Both the position numbers and the translations under genes were made by a program. From contig CAISTG010000034.1 of assembly GCA_903888345.1 (NCBI GenBank), forward strand, positions 6,823-70,822: a stretch of 64,000 nt of DNA, given 5' to 3'. Within the stretch, counting starts at the first letter, position 1. Each line of letters starts with the position of its first letter. Below, piece by piece: positions 27,828-37,764 of the stretch. The notes below the pieces were generated by a model that saw only the letters and a program-made list of their open reading frames with translations, was not told the DNA's origin and did not search any database. This DNA comes from Candidatus Buchananbacteria bacterium (lineage in GTDB: Bacteria > Patescibacteriota > Patescibacteriia > 2-01-FULL-39-33).

Positions 27828-29102
27828 TTATTTAGACTTTATATCACCAGTATTTTTTTTCAGGGCGGCAATCTCTTGTTTGAGACGAATCATCTCAAGT
27901 TCCCGTCCCACCATCAATTTATTCAACTTTTCTGAATCGATTAAATTTTTCTTTAAACTATTTTCTGATAATTCCAATTTCTTGGTCTTTTCTTTAACTT
28001 TTTTATCTAAATTTTTATACAAATCATCCAATTTTCCCGCCATATCATTAAATGATCTAGCCAAAACGGCAGTTTCATCGGTAGCCTTAAGTTCCGCCTC
28101 ACTTAACTTAATATTAAACTTACCGCCAGCAATTTCTTGAGTAATCTTGCTCAGTCGAGTAATCCTGGTGGTGATCCTACTAACAAATAAAAAAACGATA
28201 ATAATTGTTAAGATAATCGCGGTGACGATCGCCAGAATAAGCGTCAAATTCATGGTCTGTACTAAAGACAACAAGGTGCGCGCTGATTTTTCATAAACGA
28301 CAGTTACTGAACCATTAAATTTATAGCCGACAAAATTATCGCTATCACGAAAACTTCCCTGATTATTATTACCAGCTAAACCAATCGCAATTTTTTTCAA
28401 TTCTATTTCTTCATGATCGGTTGAACTACTGATGCTGGTGATTTTTTCTTCGGTATTTAAGAACATTAGGCCATGACGATCCAATAATTCAACCTTACTA
28501 GCTTGGCCTTGCTGTAAATCCCACAAATAGCCTCGCAATTCGGATAAATCGATAGTGCCGATAATATTCCCAATGACCTCACCCCGGATATTTTTGACTG
28601 GCACCGCTAAACCCAATACCGGATTATTACTAATAGCACTTAGATAGGCTGACGATAGATAGGTTGCTTTAGTTTTAACTACCCCCTGACAATAATCTCT
28701 ACTAGAAAAATCCTTACCAATAAATGGCGCTGAAGCTTGATCACCTCCTACTAAGATGCAAGTCGATCCCTTAATTTCATCTAAACCGATATTTTCAATT
28801 GTCGTAATCGTCTCATTAACGTCCGTAATTTTTTTGGTTACTTGCGCCAGAATAACTGGATCTTTTGTTTCTAAAGCCTCAATAATCAGTGGATCATTAG
28901 CCAAGCTGGTCAAATTATTTTCGGCACGATCAACATAAAAATTAACTAGCTGGGTAACCTGATCAACAGTGTTGGTGATATCAGAATTAAGATGTGCTGT
29001 AATCACGCGATTATTTTGCCAATAAATAAAAGCTCCCATTGCTAAACCGTCGATCAACAAGATCGCGACAATAATTAAAGTTAATTTAAATTTTATCGAC
29101 AT
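27828..29102 (-). CDS. Output-less sensor: TM - Cache-like periplasmic domain - TM - HAMP - coiled coil (chemoreceptor-like but no MA domain, no kinase)
   Basis: 424 aa, 5 nt upstream of the kinase gene. HAMP region ITRLSKITQEIAGGKFNIKL...FNDMAGKL. Ends in the coiled coil ...EKLNKLMVGRELEMIRLKQEIAALKK. Confidence 0.7.
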   Translation of the reverse strand: MSIKFKLTLIIVAILLIDGLAMGAFIYWQNNRVITAHLNSDITNTVDQVTQLVNFYVDRAENNLTSLANDPLIIEALETKDPVILAQVTKKITDVNETITTIENIGLDEIKGSTCILVGGDQASAPFIGKDFSSRDYCQGVVKTKATYLSSAYLSAISNNPVLGLAVPVKNIRGEVIGNIIGTIDLSELRGYLWDLQQGQASKVELLDRHGLMFLNTEEKITSISSSTDHEEIELKKIAIGLAGNNNQGSFRDSDNFVGYKFNGSVTVVYEKSARTLLSLVQTMNLTLILAIVTAIILTIIIVFLFVSRITTRITRLSKITQEIAGGKFNIKLSEAELKATDETAVLARSFNDMAGKLDDLYKNLDKKVKEKTKKLELSENSLKKNLIDSEKLNKLMVGRELEMIRLKQEIAALKKNTGDIKSK

Positions 29103-29107
29103 AGCAA

Positions 29108-30124
29108 TTATTGAGTTAGATTCCGCATAAAGCTAGCGTTAATAATATCCAAGGAATCAATTTTTTGAGTGATTACTTTGCGCTCGAATAAATAGTCGTT
29201 AATCTTACTAATAGCTCCATGAATCGAGCCAAGATTAGGACCGTAAGTAAAAATAGTTAGGTTGTCTTTCAAGCCGATTATCCGATCAGTTGCTGCTAAA
29301 GCCGCTACCTCTTCGGGATAAATATTGTGAATCTGTGCAATAATTGCATAGGCCGCCTGTGGATTGGCTATAATAAACTCCGTGGTTTTATTCCAAACGC
29401 CAACAAAAGCTTGGACATCTTCCGGCCGCGCCTCAATAAAACTACGTTTAAAAACCCAATTACCGAAATTGATCCCCGGCATCTGAGAAGAATCAAAGAT
29501 AATTTTACCCTTACCTTTGTTGGCGGCCTCAGACAAATTCGGTTGCCAGTCGACAATAGCGTCATACTTACCAGAGATAAATCCCGTAACCGCCTCTTCC
29601 GGGGTGGTGTCAATCTTAATAATATCCTCTGCCGGATTTAAATCGTTATTAATCAAAACAACATTTAAAATGTAATCCAAATATGTACCCACAGTGACTG
29701 CAACTTTTTTACCCTTGAGACTTTTGATCGTATTCAAGCCAGTTTTGGCGACAATACCATCAGCGCCAGAAGAAAGATCTGAAGTGAAAACAATATTGAG
29801 GTCTGCACCCTTAGCATTATACTGGATCAAATCAAAGGGCGGAAAGTTAACCGTATCAAGCTTGCCATCAGCTGTATCTTTTAATGATTGGTTATAATCA
29901 GTATTAGTATCAACTAGTTCAACATTGAGCCCAGCCTCCTTAAACCATCCTTTTTGATTGGCGATTTCAACCCAATATGACCCCGGCCAATAATACTTAG
30001 CCACGCGAATTACCTGGCCAGAAGTATGTGGTTGTGATTGCTGAAGGATAAACCAACCGCCAGTTGCTATTAGAGCAAGCATCAAAATAGCACCAACACC
30101 CACAATGATAAATTTATTTCTCAT
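29108..30124 (-). CDS. Membrane-anchored periplasmic substrate-binding protein (NMT1/SsuA/TauA-like)
   Basis: 338 aa; N-terminal TM anchor then a two-lobe SBP fold; 5 nt from the neighbouring gene. Confidence 0.65.
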   Translation of the reverse strand: MRNKFIIVGVGAILMLALIATGGWFILQQSQPHTSGQVIRVAKYYWPGSYWVEIANQKGWFKEAGLNVELVDTNTDYNQSLKDTADGKLDTVNFPPFDLIQYNAKGADLNIVFTSDLSSGADGIVAKTGLNTIKSLKGKKVAVTVGTYLDYILNVVLINNDLNPAEDIIKIDTTPEEAVTGFISGKYDAIVDWQPNLSEAANKGKGKIIFDSSQMPGINFGNWVFKRSFIEARPEDVQAFVGVWNKTTEFIIANPQAAYAIIAQIHNIYPEEVAALAATDRIIGLKDNLTIFTYGPNLGSIHGAISKINDYLFERKVITQKIDSLDIINASFMRNLTQ

Positions 30125-30180
30125 ATTATATATGATAAACCAGAAACGATCAGTTTAGTATAATGAATCGGCTAAACTTA

Positions 30181-31167
30181 TTACTTTTTTTCTGATTGTT
30201 TTTTTAATCTTTCAATCGTATTCTTTAAATCAATCATTTTTAGCTCCCGACCAACTAATAATTTATTTAATTTTTCTAATTCTTCTAGCCGCGCCTTTAA
30301 TTCATTTTCAATTTCCTTTCGTTTTTCAATATTTTCAATTTCCGTAACAAAATATAATGGTTTCTGGCTACTATCCCGTACCAAGCTTGTATGTAAAGAA
30401 ACCCAAATTGTCTTTCCTGCCTTAGTAATATACCTTTTTTCGACATCATAGTTGTTCATCAAACCCGACACCATATTTTTTAAAGCGCCTAAATCTCGCT
30501 TAACCTCATCTGGATAAGTAATTGCCTTAAAATCCAAATTCAATAATTCTTTAGCAGAATAACCCAGTATAGCGCAAATAGCTGGATTAACCTGAATCCA
30601 CTTTCCCGTCGGCGAAACCAATGCCATGCCCAAGGATGAACTATCAAATGCATTCTTAAACTTCTCTTCGCTTTCCTTTAAGCGGTTGGAAACACGCTTC
30701 TCTTCGGTAATATCATGAATAATCCCTACTAAAATTTTATCGCCTTGATCATTTTTATAGACGTTTTTTTTAGTAATAATGGTGTGAGTTTGCCCCTTAG
30801 CATCTGTAAAACACTCTTCATTAATATTATTTTTACCACTTTTTAAAACCTCTTCGTCTTTCGCCCAAAAAACTTCCGCCTCCTTTTTCGGAAAAAAGTC
30901 GAAATCAGATTTGCCAATCAACTCTTCGCGACTGTGACCCTTAAATCGACAAAAGGCATCATTTAACAAAATCCAATGATGTTTACTATTCTTAACGAAG
31001 ACTGGATCACTAATCGCATTAAAAATATCATAAAGAATCTCATCTCTAATAAAAGCTGGATCAATCGACTTAATTGGCTTATTTTTTTTCAAACCCAAAA
31101 TAACTGATTTTATTGCATGGGCAGGATTATGTGATCTGGACTTAGTAACGACCGACTTGTTGACCAT
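30181..31167 (-). CDS. Cytoplasmic tandem-PAS protein ending in the same coiled-coil motif as 27828..29102
   Basis: 328 aa; two PAS-like regions; C-terminus ...EKLNKLLVGRELKMIDLKNTIERLKK. Confidence 0.65.
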   Translation of the reverse strand: MVNKSVVTKSRSHNPAHAIKSVILGLKKNKPIKSIDPAFIRDEILYDIFNAISDPVFVKNSKHHWILLNDAFCRFKGHSREELIGKSDFDFFPKKEAEVFWAKDEEVLKSGKNNINEECFTDAKGQTHTIITKKNVYKNDQGDKILVGIIHDITEEKRVSNRLKESEEKFKNAFDSSSLGMALVSPTGKWIQVNPAICAILGYSAKELLNLDFKAITYPDEVKRDLGALKNMVSGLMNNYDVEKRYITKAGKTIWVSLHTSLVRDSSQKPLYFVTEIENIEKRKEIENELKARLEELEKLNKLLVGRELKMIDLKNTIERLKKQSEKK

Positions 31168-31193
31168 ATTTAATTATTAAATTTACAAAAAAA

Positions 31194-31658
31194 TTAACGA
31201 ACAACACTAATTGTAGAACTATTTTCGGCACGCGGCGCGCAGAGTGTAACACGATTAGTGGTAGCGTTTTTATAAATTTGGTAAGCCGTGCCATTAGTAC
31301 TGGTGGTCGTAGGATCAATTGGCATTGATTCTAAATATTTGGCTGTGGTTGAAACTAAATAATAGCCAACATCCGTTAAGCCACTACAAGATCCGCCGGT
31401 CTTACAAATCTCCTGAGCCGCAACACCACAGGCAGTACCATTAATAATCGTCGGCGGCAAGGAACCATTATTGTCGATCGCGTACTGATAAACAGCATTC
31501 AGAATCGAATTAAGATCAGAGCGACGATCAATATTACGAGCATCACCAAATTGTTTAGTGGGATTTAAAGCCATAACAGCAATACCAGCCAAAATAGCAA
31601 TAATAGCAATCACTAGCAATAACTCTACTAAAGTAAAGCCTTGATTTTTAGATTTCAT
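31194..31658 (-). CDS. Type IV pilin / pseudopilin
   Basis: MKSKNQ G|FTLVELLLVIAIIAILAGIAV class-III signal peptide with E+5. Confidence 0.75.
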   Translation of the reverse strand: MKSKNQGFTLVELLLVIAIIAILAGIAVMALNPTKQFGDARNIDRRSDLNSILNAVYQYAIDNNGSLPPTIINGTACGVAAQEICKTGGSCSGLTDVGYYLVSTTAKYLESMPIDPTTTSTNGTAYQIYKNATTNRVTLCAPRAENSSTISVVR

Positions 31659-31735
31659 GTTTTTGAATTAGTTTCAAGCTACAATTTTTAGCCTTTACTA
31701 TTTTATTATAACATACTTGAGTGCGGCCAGCCAAA

Positions 31736-32148
31736 TTATGGTAGCTCTTGCCAAGTAGAACTAATGGTCGGATTAACCGCGGAAACAGAAACCGTTACTC
31801 GTCGAACAACGCCACTAAAAGTACTACTCGCCGTAACGGTTTTGGGTAAGATGCCAGTAACGGCGTAATCACAACTACCTCCATTAATACTCAGACTACC
31901 CGATCCTGTATAACTGGTATTTTCTCGAATCTGCTCCAGTGCGGTCTCAACGCAAGTATTAACTCCGGCTTTTGCTTTATTGGAAGATTGATAAGAAATA
32001 GCGCTTTTAGAACCGCCAGTGCCCAAAAATAATAAAGCTATCGCTACGGAAGCTGCAATAGCTCCGACGATAATAACACTAATTAGCAAGATAAAACCCT
32101 TAGCGCAAGGTAGCCGAACCGCTAAAGTTTTGGGTGTAATTATACTCA
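31736..32148 (-). CDS. Minor pilin-like protein lacking Glu+5 (GspK/PilX-like); start trimmed to the internal ATG
   Basis: MSIITPKTLAVRLPCAKG|FILLISVIIVGAIAASV. The ORF-track start at 32242 would overlap the upstream pilin gene by 142 nt; start 32148 overlaps it by 49 nt. Confidence 0.4.
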
Positions 32149-32606
32149 TTGGTAGTAGACGAAGTATTAAGTTTACTAAGAGTGAATTGAATGCGAATGG
32201 AACCATTGGCAAAGTTAGAAAATGTCGTATTAGTGATAGCAACGTGACTATCAGTCAAATTAATTGGACTAGCTGTTCCCTCTTTAATTCTTAGGGTTCC
32301 GCTGGCTACATCAAAGACCGTGGGCGAATTAACTCCGGTGGGCACAGTAATAGTCAATGAGGTTGAAGTCGCACCACTGATCGGTGTAGTAATAGCGGTA
32401 GCATTCCTAATGATTTGTGTCATTTTTGTTAAAACCAAAGTACCTTGCTGTTCGACTTCCGCCACGGACTGCGCCTTGACTCGAACCGATAAAGCTAAAG
32501 AAAAAAACTGTGACAGCGCCAATAAAATAATGGCAGCGACAGCTACATAGATCAAAAGTTCCACCAGCGTAAATCCCGATTGTTGATTTTTATTAATTAT
32601 CTTCAT
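32100..32606 (-). CDS. Type IV pilin / pseudopilin
   Basis: MKIINKNQQSG|FTLVELLIYVAVAAIILLAL prepilin leader. Confidence 0.75.
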   Translation of the reverse strand: MKIINKNQQSGFTLVELLIYVAVAAIILLALSQFFSLALSVRVKAQSVAEVEQQGTLVLTKMTQIIRNATAITTPISGATSTSLTITVPTGVNSPTVFDVASGTLRIKEGTASPINLTDSHVAITNTTFSNFANGSIRIQFTLSKLNTSSTTNEYNYTQNFSGSATLR

Positions 32607-32609
32607 AAA

Positions 32610-34391
32610 TTAATTACGCCACCAAGCAAATGAATAGGGACTATTAATAGATTGCGGCAAACTAAGTTCAATTGCAGCGCCATCAGAATTAGTCCAAGTA
32701 AAAGTCGGCGTAGCATTCATGACTAAGCGCTTACAAAACAAATCGCTCGCATTATCAGAAGTACAAAACATCAATTGATCTTTACTTAAGGGATTTGTGG
32801 TAATTTGGTAATGTTTTTGCGGATTAGCAAAAACTGGAGCCGGTACAAAAACAGTCGGATTAGAACCATTAGTTGGTGCCCAAGTGTTACCAGTTGGATT
32901 ATATTGACGGTAATTAATGCCGGTAGTCCCACTATCGTTATAAACAACGATCGCCCTGGTGGTAGCTCCAGAAATTAGCCAGCCAGTCGCCACTAATTCC
33001 GACCCAGCGACCGGAATTTGCGCCGAGGTATCCGTATTAGCTGAATTCGTCCAAGCCGAACCGTTCCAATAACCAACTTGTAGATCGCTTTGGTTAGTAC
33101 CAATCGAGGCAAAGATCATTTCATCACTATTCGGATTGGCAGACAAATCGAGATTGACCGAATCATCGGCAAAAGTAGCTGGAGTCGACGTAGCCCCCCA
33201 AGTACAGGTCGCAGTTCCGCCAGTACACGCGCGATAACGGACACCATTAATATTAGCGGCAACAGTAGTACCCCAAATCATCATCAAGTCACCCGACACC
33301 GATTCATATTCTAGGTCAAAATCATCCACGTCTTGAGCTGCCGTCACAAAATCAAGATTGGCATCAGAAACCGCTGATGGCTCATTACCCCAAGAAGAGC
33401 CGCTCCAAATCATAGCCGATAAACCAGCATTAGCATCCGCCCACTGAGCCGCAATTAAATTTTGACCAGCCCGTCGATCCCAAGCCATTTTAATCCACTG
33501 AATAACGCCAGTCGTTCGCAGAACGCTATAATTAGTATTAACTGACCAGTTAGCCGAACCGCAGCCAGTATTACCGGCCTTGGTACGATAACCAAGCTGG
33601 GAACTGCTGCCACCGACATTATTACTAAATAAAACCAGGGCATCACCAGTGGCCGTTTCATAAGCGATATCAAAACGACGAGTTGTGCCAGTGCCACCGA
33701 CAGTAGTTGTCCATTCTTGATGCCAAGAACCATCATAACACAAAACATTCAAGACCCCGGCAGCTGTTACGAATCCGGCAATGGCCTCCTGATTAAGTGG
33801 AGAGGTGCGAACAACAAAGGTATTTCCACTAGCATTAGCTGTAATCGCCGCTTCCGTACCAAAATTATTTAAAGTTGTATTATAAGCGCGGTATTTCGTG
33901 CTGGTAGTGCCGTCACCATAAAGCAGGAGGCCACCTAGGGCCGCAATTGTTCGCTGCCAATTTGTTAGCTGTGTAGTCAAAGAAAAAGTCGAGGTTCCTA
34001 GTCCGGTATTATAACTGACGGTACTAGTAATAATTTTTGTATAGGAGCCAGAGTCAGCAACATCTAAATGGCGATTAAAGATCCCATTATTATCGGAAGT
34101 TCCCGATAAAGCCCAAACGCCTGCCGCGGTTAAACCGTAGGTTCCAGCCGTCAGGCTACTATAAGAAGTATCTCGTAGACTCCGAGCTGCTTCTAAACCC
34201 TCTTCGGCTAATAACATCGCCCGAGAATTGGCACCAGCGACCTGAACACTCTGCACGGCATAAGCTAACGCTCCCACCAAAACTGCGGCAATCAACATGA
34301 ATATCCCCAACGCTAAAACAGCCTCAACCAAAGAGAAGCCAGAAAGATTGTTGCTATTTTTATCGGGGCTAGACACAAACTGCTTCATCAA
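32610..34391 (-). CDS. Large prepilin-type protein (593 aa; candidate tip/adhesin minor pilin)
   Basis: N-terminal SG|FSLVEAVLALGIFMLIAAVLV methylation motif followed by about 550 aa of Thr/Ser/Gly/Asn-rich beta-rich sequence. Confidence 0.7.
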   Translation of the reverse strand: MMKQFVSSPDKNSNNLSGFSLVEAVLALGIFMLIAAVLVGALAYAVQSVQVAGANSRAMLLAEEGLEAARSLRDTSYSSLTAGTYGLTAAGVWALSGTSDNNGIFNRHLDVADSGSYTKIITSTVSYNTGLGTSTFSLTTQLTNWQRTIAALGGLLLYGDGTTSTKYRAYNTTLNNFGTEAAITANASGNTFVVRTSPLNQEAIAGFVTAAGVLNVLCYDGSWHQEWTTTVGGTGTTRRFDIAYETATGDALVLFSNNVGGSSSQLGYRTKAGNTGCGSANWSVNTNYSVLRTTGVIQWIKMAWDRRAGQNLIAAQWADANAGLSAMIWSGSSWGNEPSAVSDANLDFVTAAQDVDDFDLEYESVSGDLMMIWGTTVAANINGVRYRACTGGTATCTWGATSTPATFADDSVNLDLSANPNSDEMIFASIGTNQSDLQVGYWNGSAWTNSANTDTSAQIPVAGSELVATGWLISGATTRAIVVYNDSGTTGINYRQYNPTGNTWAPTNGSNPTVFVPAPVFANPQKHYQITTNPLSKDQLMFCTSDNASDLFCKRLVMNATPTFTWTNSDGAAIELSLPQSINSPYSFAWWRN

Positions 34392-34420
34392 TCAATTAAT
34401 ATTTATTCAGATTGTTTAGT

Positions 34421-34846
34421 TTAGTAATCAACCAAACCCTTAGCATTGACACTTATGATCTTACGATCACCTGAATCTGAACTCAAGGTAATGGAAGTCG
34501 AGGCTACCGGTTCTCCAGTAAATTTTGAGAAGTTAATATCAACAACAGTCGAAGTAACGCTAGCCGGCAGACTGTAGGGCTCATCATAGTTACTGTTGCG
34601 TGAACCAAAACTAGCACCGACATAAACAGTAATACTAGAGGTAGAAAAATAGGTACCCCAATTATTATCTTGCTCCATATTAACGGCTAACAATTGCGCT
34701 CGTCGTAGTGACCGCACTCCCGCCTCGGTAGCTAAACCGAATTCATTATTTGTTTGGTAAGAAAAATATACCGGTGTCGCCAAACCGATCAAGATGGCCA
34801 TAATCGCCACAGATAGCACCATTTCTACTAAAGTAAAACCACGCAT
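34421..34846 (-). CDS. Type IV pilin / pseudopilin
   Basis: MRG|FTLVEMVLSVAIMAILIGLATPVY. Confidence 0.75.
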   Translation of the reverse strand: MRGFTLVEMVLSVAIMAILIGLATPVYFSYQTNNEFGLATEAGVRSLRRAQLLAVNMEQDNNWGTYFSTSSITVYVGASFGSRNSNYDEPYSLPASVTSTVVDINFSKFTGEPVASTSITLSSDSGDRKIISVNAKGLVDY

Positions 34847-34863
34847 TGCAAATCATTTAATTA

Positions 34864-35964
34864 TTAAAGGCTACCGACAAGACTATAAATCGGCAAGATA
34901 ACAGCAATCGCCACCGCCAACACAACCAAACCAACCATTAATAATAAAAACGGCTCCAGAATTACTGAGATGTTTTTAGATGTCATCTCCATTTTTACTT
35001 CATAAATAGCGCCAACCTTGACTAAGGTATCAGCTAAATTGCCGGATTGTTCGCCAGCAATGATTAATTGTTTTACTGTCGACGGTATTAGGATGTTGGC
35101 TTTTTTCATCGACTCGAAACTACGTCGTAATGATTTACCCTCTTCAATATCTGCCGATAGTCTACGATAAAACCTTTTATAGGGAGCATAATTAACCGAT
35201 TCGACTAATGCATCAAGCGCTTCAACAATTGGCAGACCAGCATTGAGCAAAGTACCGAAAATAAACCCAAAACGCGCGACTTCTGCTTGTCGCACCAACC
35301 GCCCTGAGCCAGGCAAATATAGTAATAAATTCTGACCAATAAATTTAGTGAAACGAAAAAAGAAGAAAAAATAAATCAGGGCCACTAACGCCAAAAATAC
35401 ACCGGGCACAACAATCAAACCATAAGCAGTGACAAAATTACCAACATTAATCATGATACGAGTAACTAGAGGTAATTCAACGTGCAATGAAGAAAAAACT
35501 TTAGCGAACTTAGGAATAATAAAAACGGTTACGCCCACTCCAACAACGCTAGCCACTGTTAAAACTACTAGTGGATACATCATCGCTGATTTTATGTTAG
35601 ATTGAAAGCTGCGATTTTTTTGTTGTTGCAGGGCGACCACCTTTAGATTATCTATCAAGCGACCAGAACGCTCGCCCAGGTTAATTAAGGCTAACGCCTG
35701 ATTATTAACCAAGCCAGTACCAGCAAAAGCTTGATATAAGGACGAACCACTTTCAATTTCTGCCACCAAATAATCAATAAACTTAATCATACGTCGTCGC
35801 ACCGTTTCTTCGCGCACAGCTTTAATAGCGGACAAAACATCCATGCCGGCAGTAAGCAACATGAGAAGATTTTCAATAAAATTTTCCCGGTCTTCGGTAT
35901 AACCAAAGCCGGGTAAACGAACTTTTTTAGTATTAGATTTCTTACTGTTAGTTTTACCAGCCAT
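34864..35964 (-). CDS. pilC: Type IV pilus / T2SS platform protein (GspF/PilC family)
   Basis: 366 aa; two T2SSF repeats, 3 TM helices. Confidence 0.85.
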   Translation of the reverse strand: MAGKTNSKKSNTKKVRLPGFGYTEDRENFIENLLMLLTAGMDVLSAIKAVREETVRRRMIKFIDYLVAEIESGSSLYQAFAGTGLVNNQALALINLGERSGRLIDNLKVVALQQQKNRSFQSNIKSAMMYPLVVLTVASVVGVGVTVFIIPKFAKVFSSLHVELPLVTRIMINVGNFVTAYGLIVVPGVFLALVALIYFFFFFRFTKFIGQNLLLYLPGSGRLVRQAEVARFGFIFGTLLNAGLPIVEALDALVESVNYAPYKRFYRRLSADIEEGKSLRRSFESMKKANILIPSTVKQLIIAGEQSGNLADTLVKVGAIYEVKMEMTSKNISVILEPFLLLMVGLVVLAVAIAVILPIYSLVGSL

Positions 35965-35968
35965 AAAA

Positions 35969-37627
35969 TTACTTTTTGGGACTAAGTATGATTGGCGTGG
36001 CGACTCTAGTCACCTCCTCAATGGTAGTTGTTCCGGTCAACACTTTGGCAATACCATCTTCAAACATCGAGATACTACCCTGTTTTTGGGCCAACTGCCA
36101 AATCTGTAACGACGAAGGATGGGTCAAAATTAATTCTTGTAACTCCGGTGTAATAGAAATGATTTCAAATAAAGCAACACGCCCCGTATAACCAGTACCA
36201 TGACAAATCGGACAGCCCTTACCCTGATATAACGTCAAATCACCAGACTTGAAAAAGCCCCTGACTTGTGGATATTTAGCTACTAACTGTTCAGTCTTGA
36301 CCTTGTAACTAACACGGCAATTCTCGCAAATTTTTCGTGTCAGACGCTGGGCCATAATCAACTGTAAAGTCGAGGCTAACAAAAATGGTTCGGCACCCAT
36401 ATCCAATAAACGCGGAATACCGGTGGCGGCATCATTAGAGTGAAAAGTGGATAACAATAAATGACCGGTCAAAGCGGCGTTAATAGCAATATCGGTAGTT
36501 TCGGGGTCGCGTATTTCACCAACCATAATAATATCAGGGTCCTGACGAACTATCGAACGTAAACCCTTAGCAAAAGTTAAATTGGTGGCTGTATTTACTT
36601 GAATTTGATTAACGCCAGAGATTTTATACTCAACTGGATCTTCAATAGTAGTAATATTGACGTCGCGGCTATTAATTTTCTTAAGAATCGCATAAAGCGT
36701 AGTGCTTTTGCCGGAACCGGTCGGCCCAACCGTTAAAATCATGCCAAATGGCTTTTCCGAAGCGGCTTCAATAACTTTTTGATCACGCAAAGACAAGCCT
36801 AAATCACTTAAACCATAACCACGAACATAGTGTGATAACAAACGAATAACGATTTTCTCGCCGTCTAAAATCGGCACAATCGAAACGCGCATATCCGCCG
36901 CAATACCTTCACGCTCATAAAACATTGATCCGTCTTGGGCAGCATAATGTTCATCAGTACGCAAGCGACTTTTTACTTTAATACGGTTAACGATACCCTC
37001 ATAAAATTCTTTGGGCAAACGTCCCGCCTCGGCTAAAATGCCATCAATACGGAATCGCACCACCACCTCATAAGGCTCGGGCTCAAAGTGAATATCCGAA
37101 GCACGGTAAGTAATCGCGTCAGAAAAAATTTCATCAACAATTTCAGGAGCAATCCGATGTTTTTCTTTAATAATTTGAGAAAATCTCGTCGCTAATTCCT
37201 GACGATAGGAAACCAAAACAGTATTAATGTCTTCAGTTAGCGAGTAGGCAATTTTAACATTTTTACCATACGCCTTAATTAAAACTTCTTTCAATTCTTT
37301 ATTGTCCGGCTGATCTGTAGTAATTACAAGACTTTTCGGAGTTTTCTTAAATAATACAATGCGATATTTAATGGCTAAGTCTTCAGTCACCAATTTAACC
37401 TGCTCCGCGTCAGGCATATTCGAATTCAAGTCGGCGTAAGGTACGCCAAAAAATTCCGCCATGGCCTGGCCGAATACATCTTTATCTAATAAGCCCTCGT
37501 CAAATAAATAGTCAATGATTTCAATATGCCGCCTAGCTGTTTCCGCTTCCGCGGTGAGCCAGTCAGCTTCTTCCAGGTACCCTCCTTCGACCAGGATTTT
37601 TTTGAGTTGTTGTTGATTTAATTCCAT
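35969..37627 (-). CDS. pilB: Type IV pilus assembly ATPase (GspE/PilB family)
   Basis: 552 aa; N-terminal GSPII_E_N domain, Walker A GPTGSGKSTT, Asp box, His box, and tetracysteine CENC...CPIC. Confidence 0.9.
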   Translation of the reverse strand: MELNQQQLKKILVEGGYLEEADWLTAEAETARRHIEIIDYLFDEGLLDKDVFGQAMAEFFGVPYADLNSNMPDAEQVKLVTEDLAIKYRIVLFKKTPKSLVITTDQPDNKELKEVLIKAYGKNVKIAYSLTEDINTVLVSYRQELATRFSQIIKEKHRIAPEIVDEIFSDAITYRASDIHFEPEPYEVVVRFRIDGILAEAGRLPKEFYEGIVNRIKVKSRLRTDEHYAAQDGSMFYEREGIAADMRVSIVPILDGEKIVIRLLSHYVRGYGLSDLGLSLRDQKVIEAASEKPFGMILTVGPTGSGKSTTLYAILKKINSRDVNITTIEDPVEYKISGVNQIQVNTATNLTFAKGLRSIVRQDPDIIMVGEIRDPETTDIAINAALTGHLLLSTFHSNDAATGIPRLLDMGAEPFLLASTLQLIMAQRLTRKICENCRVSYKVKTEQLVAKYPQVRGFFKSGDLTLYQGKGCPICHGTGYTGRVALFEIISITPELQELILTHPSSLQIWQLAQKQGSISMFEDGIAKVLTGTTTIEEVTRVATPIILSPKK

Positions 37628-37764
37628 CTTAACCGCATGAGTTAGTTTACCCTGTAGAATAAGCTATCGGATATGCTTTAAATTATTGCGCTAGTAGTGC
37701 CAATAATTAGAAAAACAATCGCATTCGAGCCACTATTCTACTGGATTAAGACAAAAGGATAAAT

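Noticed and set aside
31736-32242. Full-length 168-aa ORF for the fifth pilin-like gene
   Set aside because: It would overlap the upstream pilin gene by 142 nt. Trimmed to the internal ATG at 32148, which gives a typical ~17-aa prepilin leader ending in Gly.
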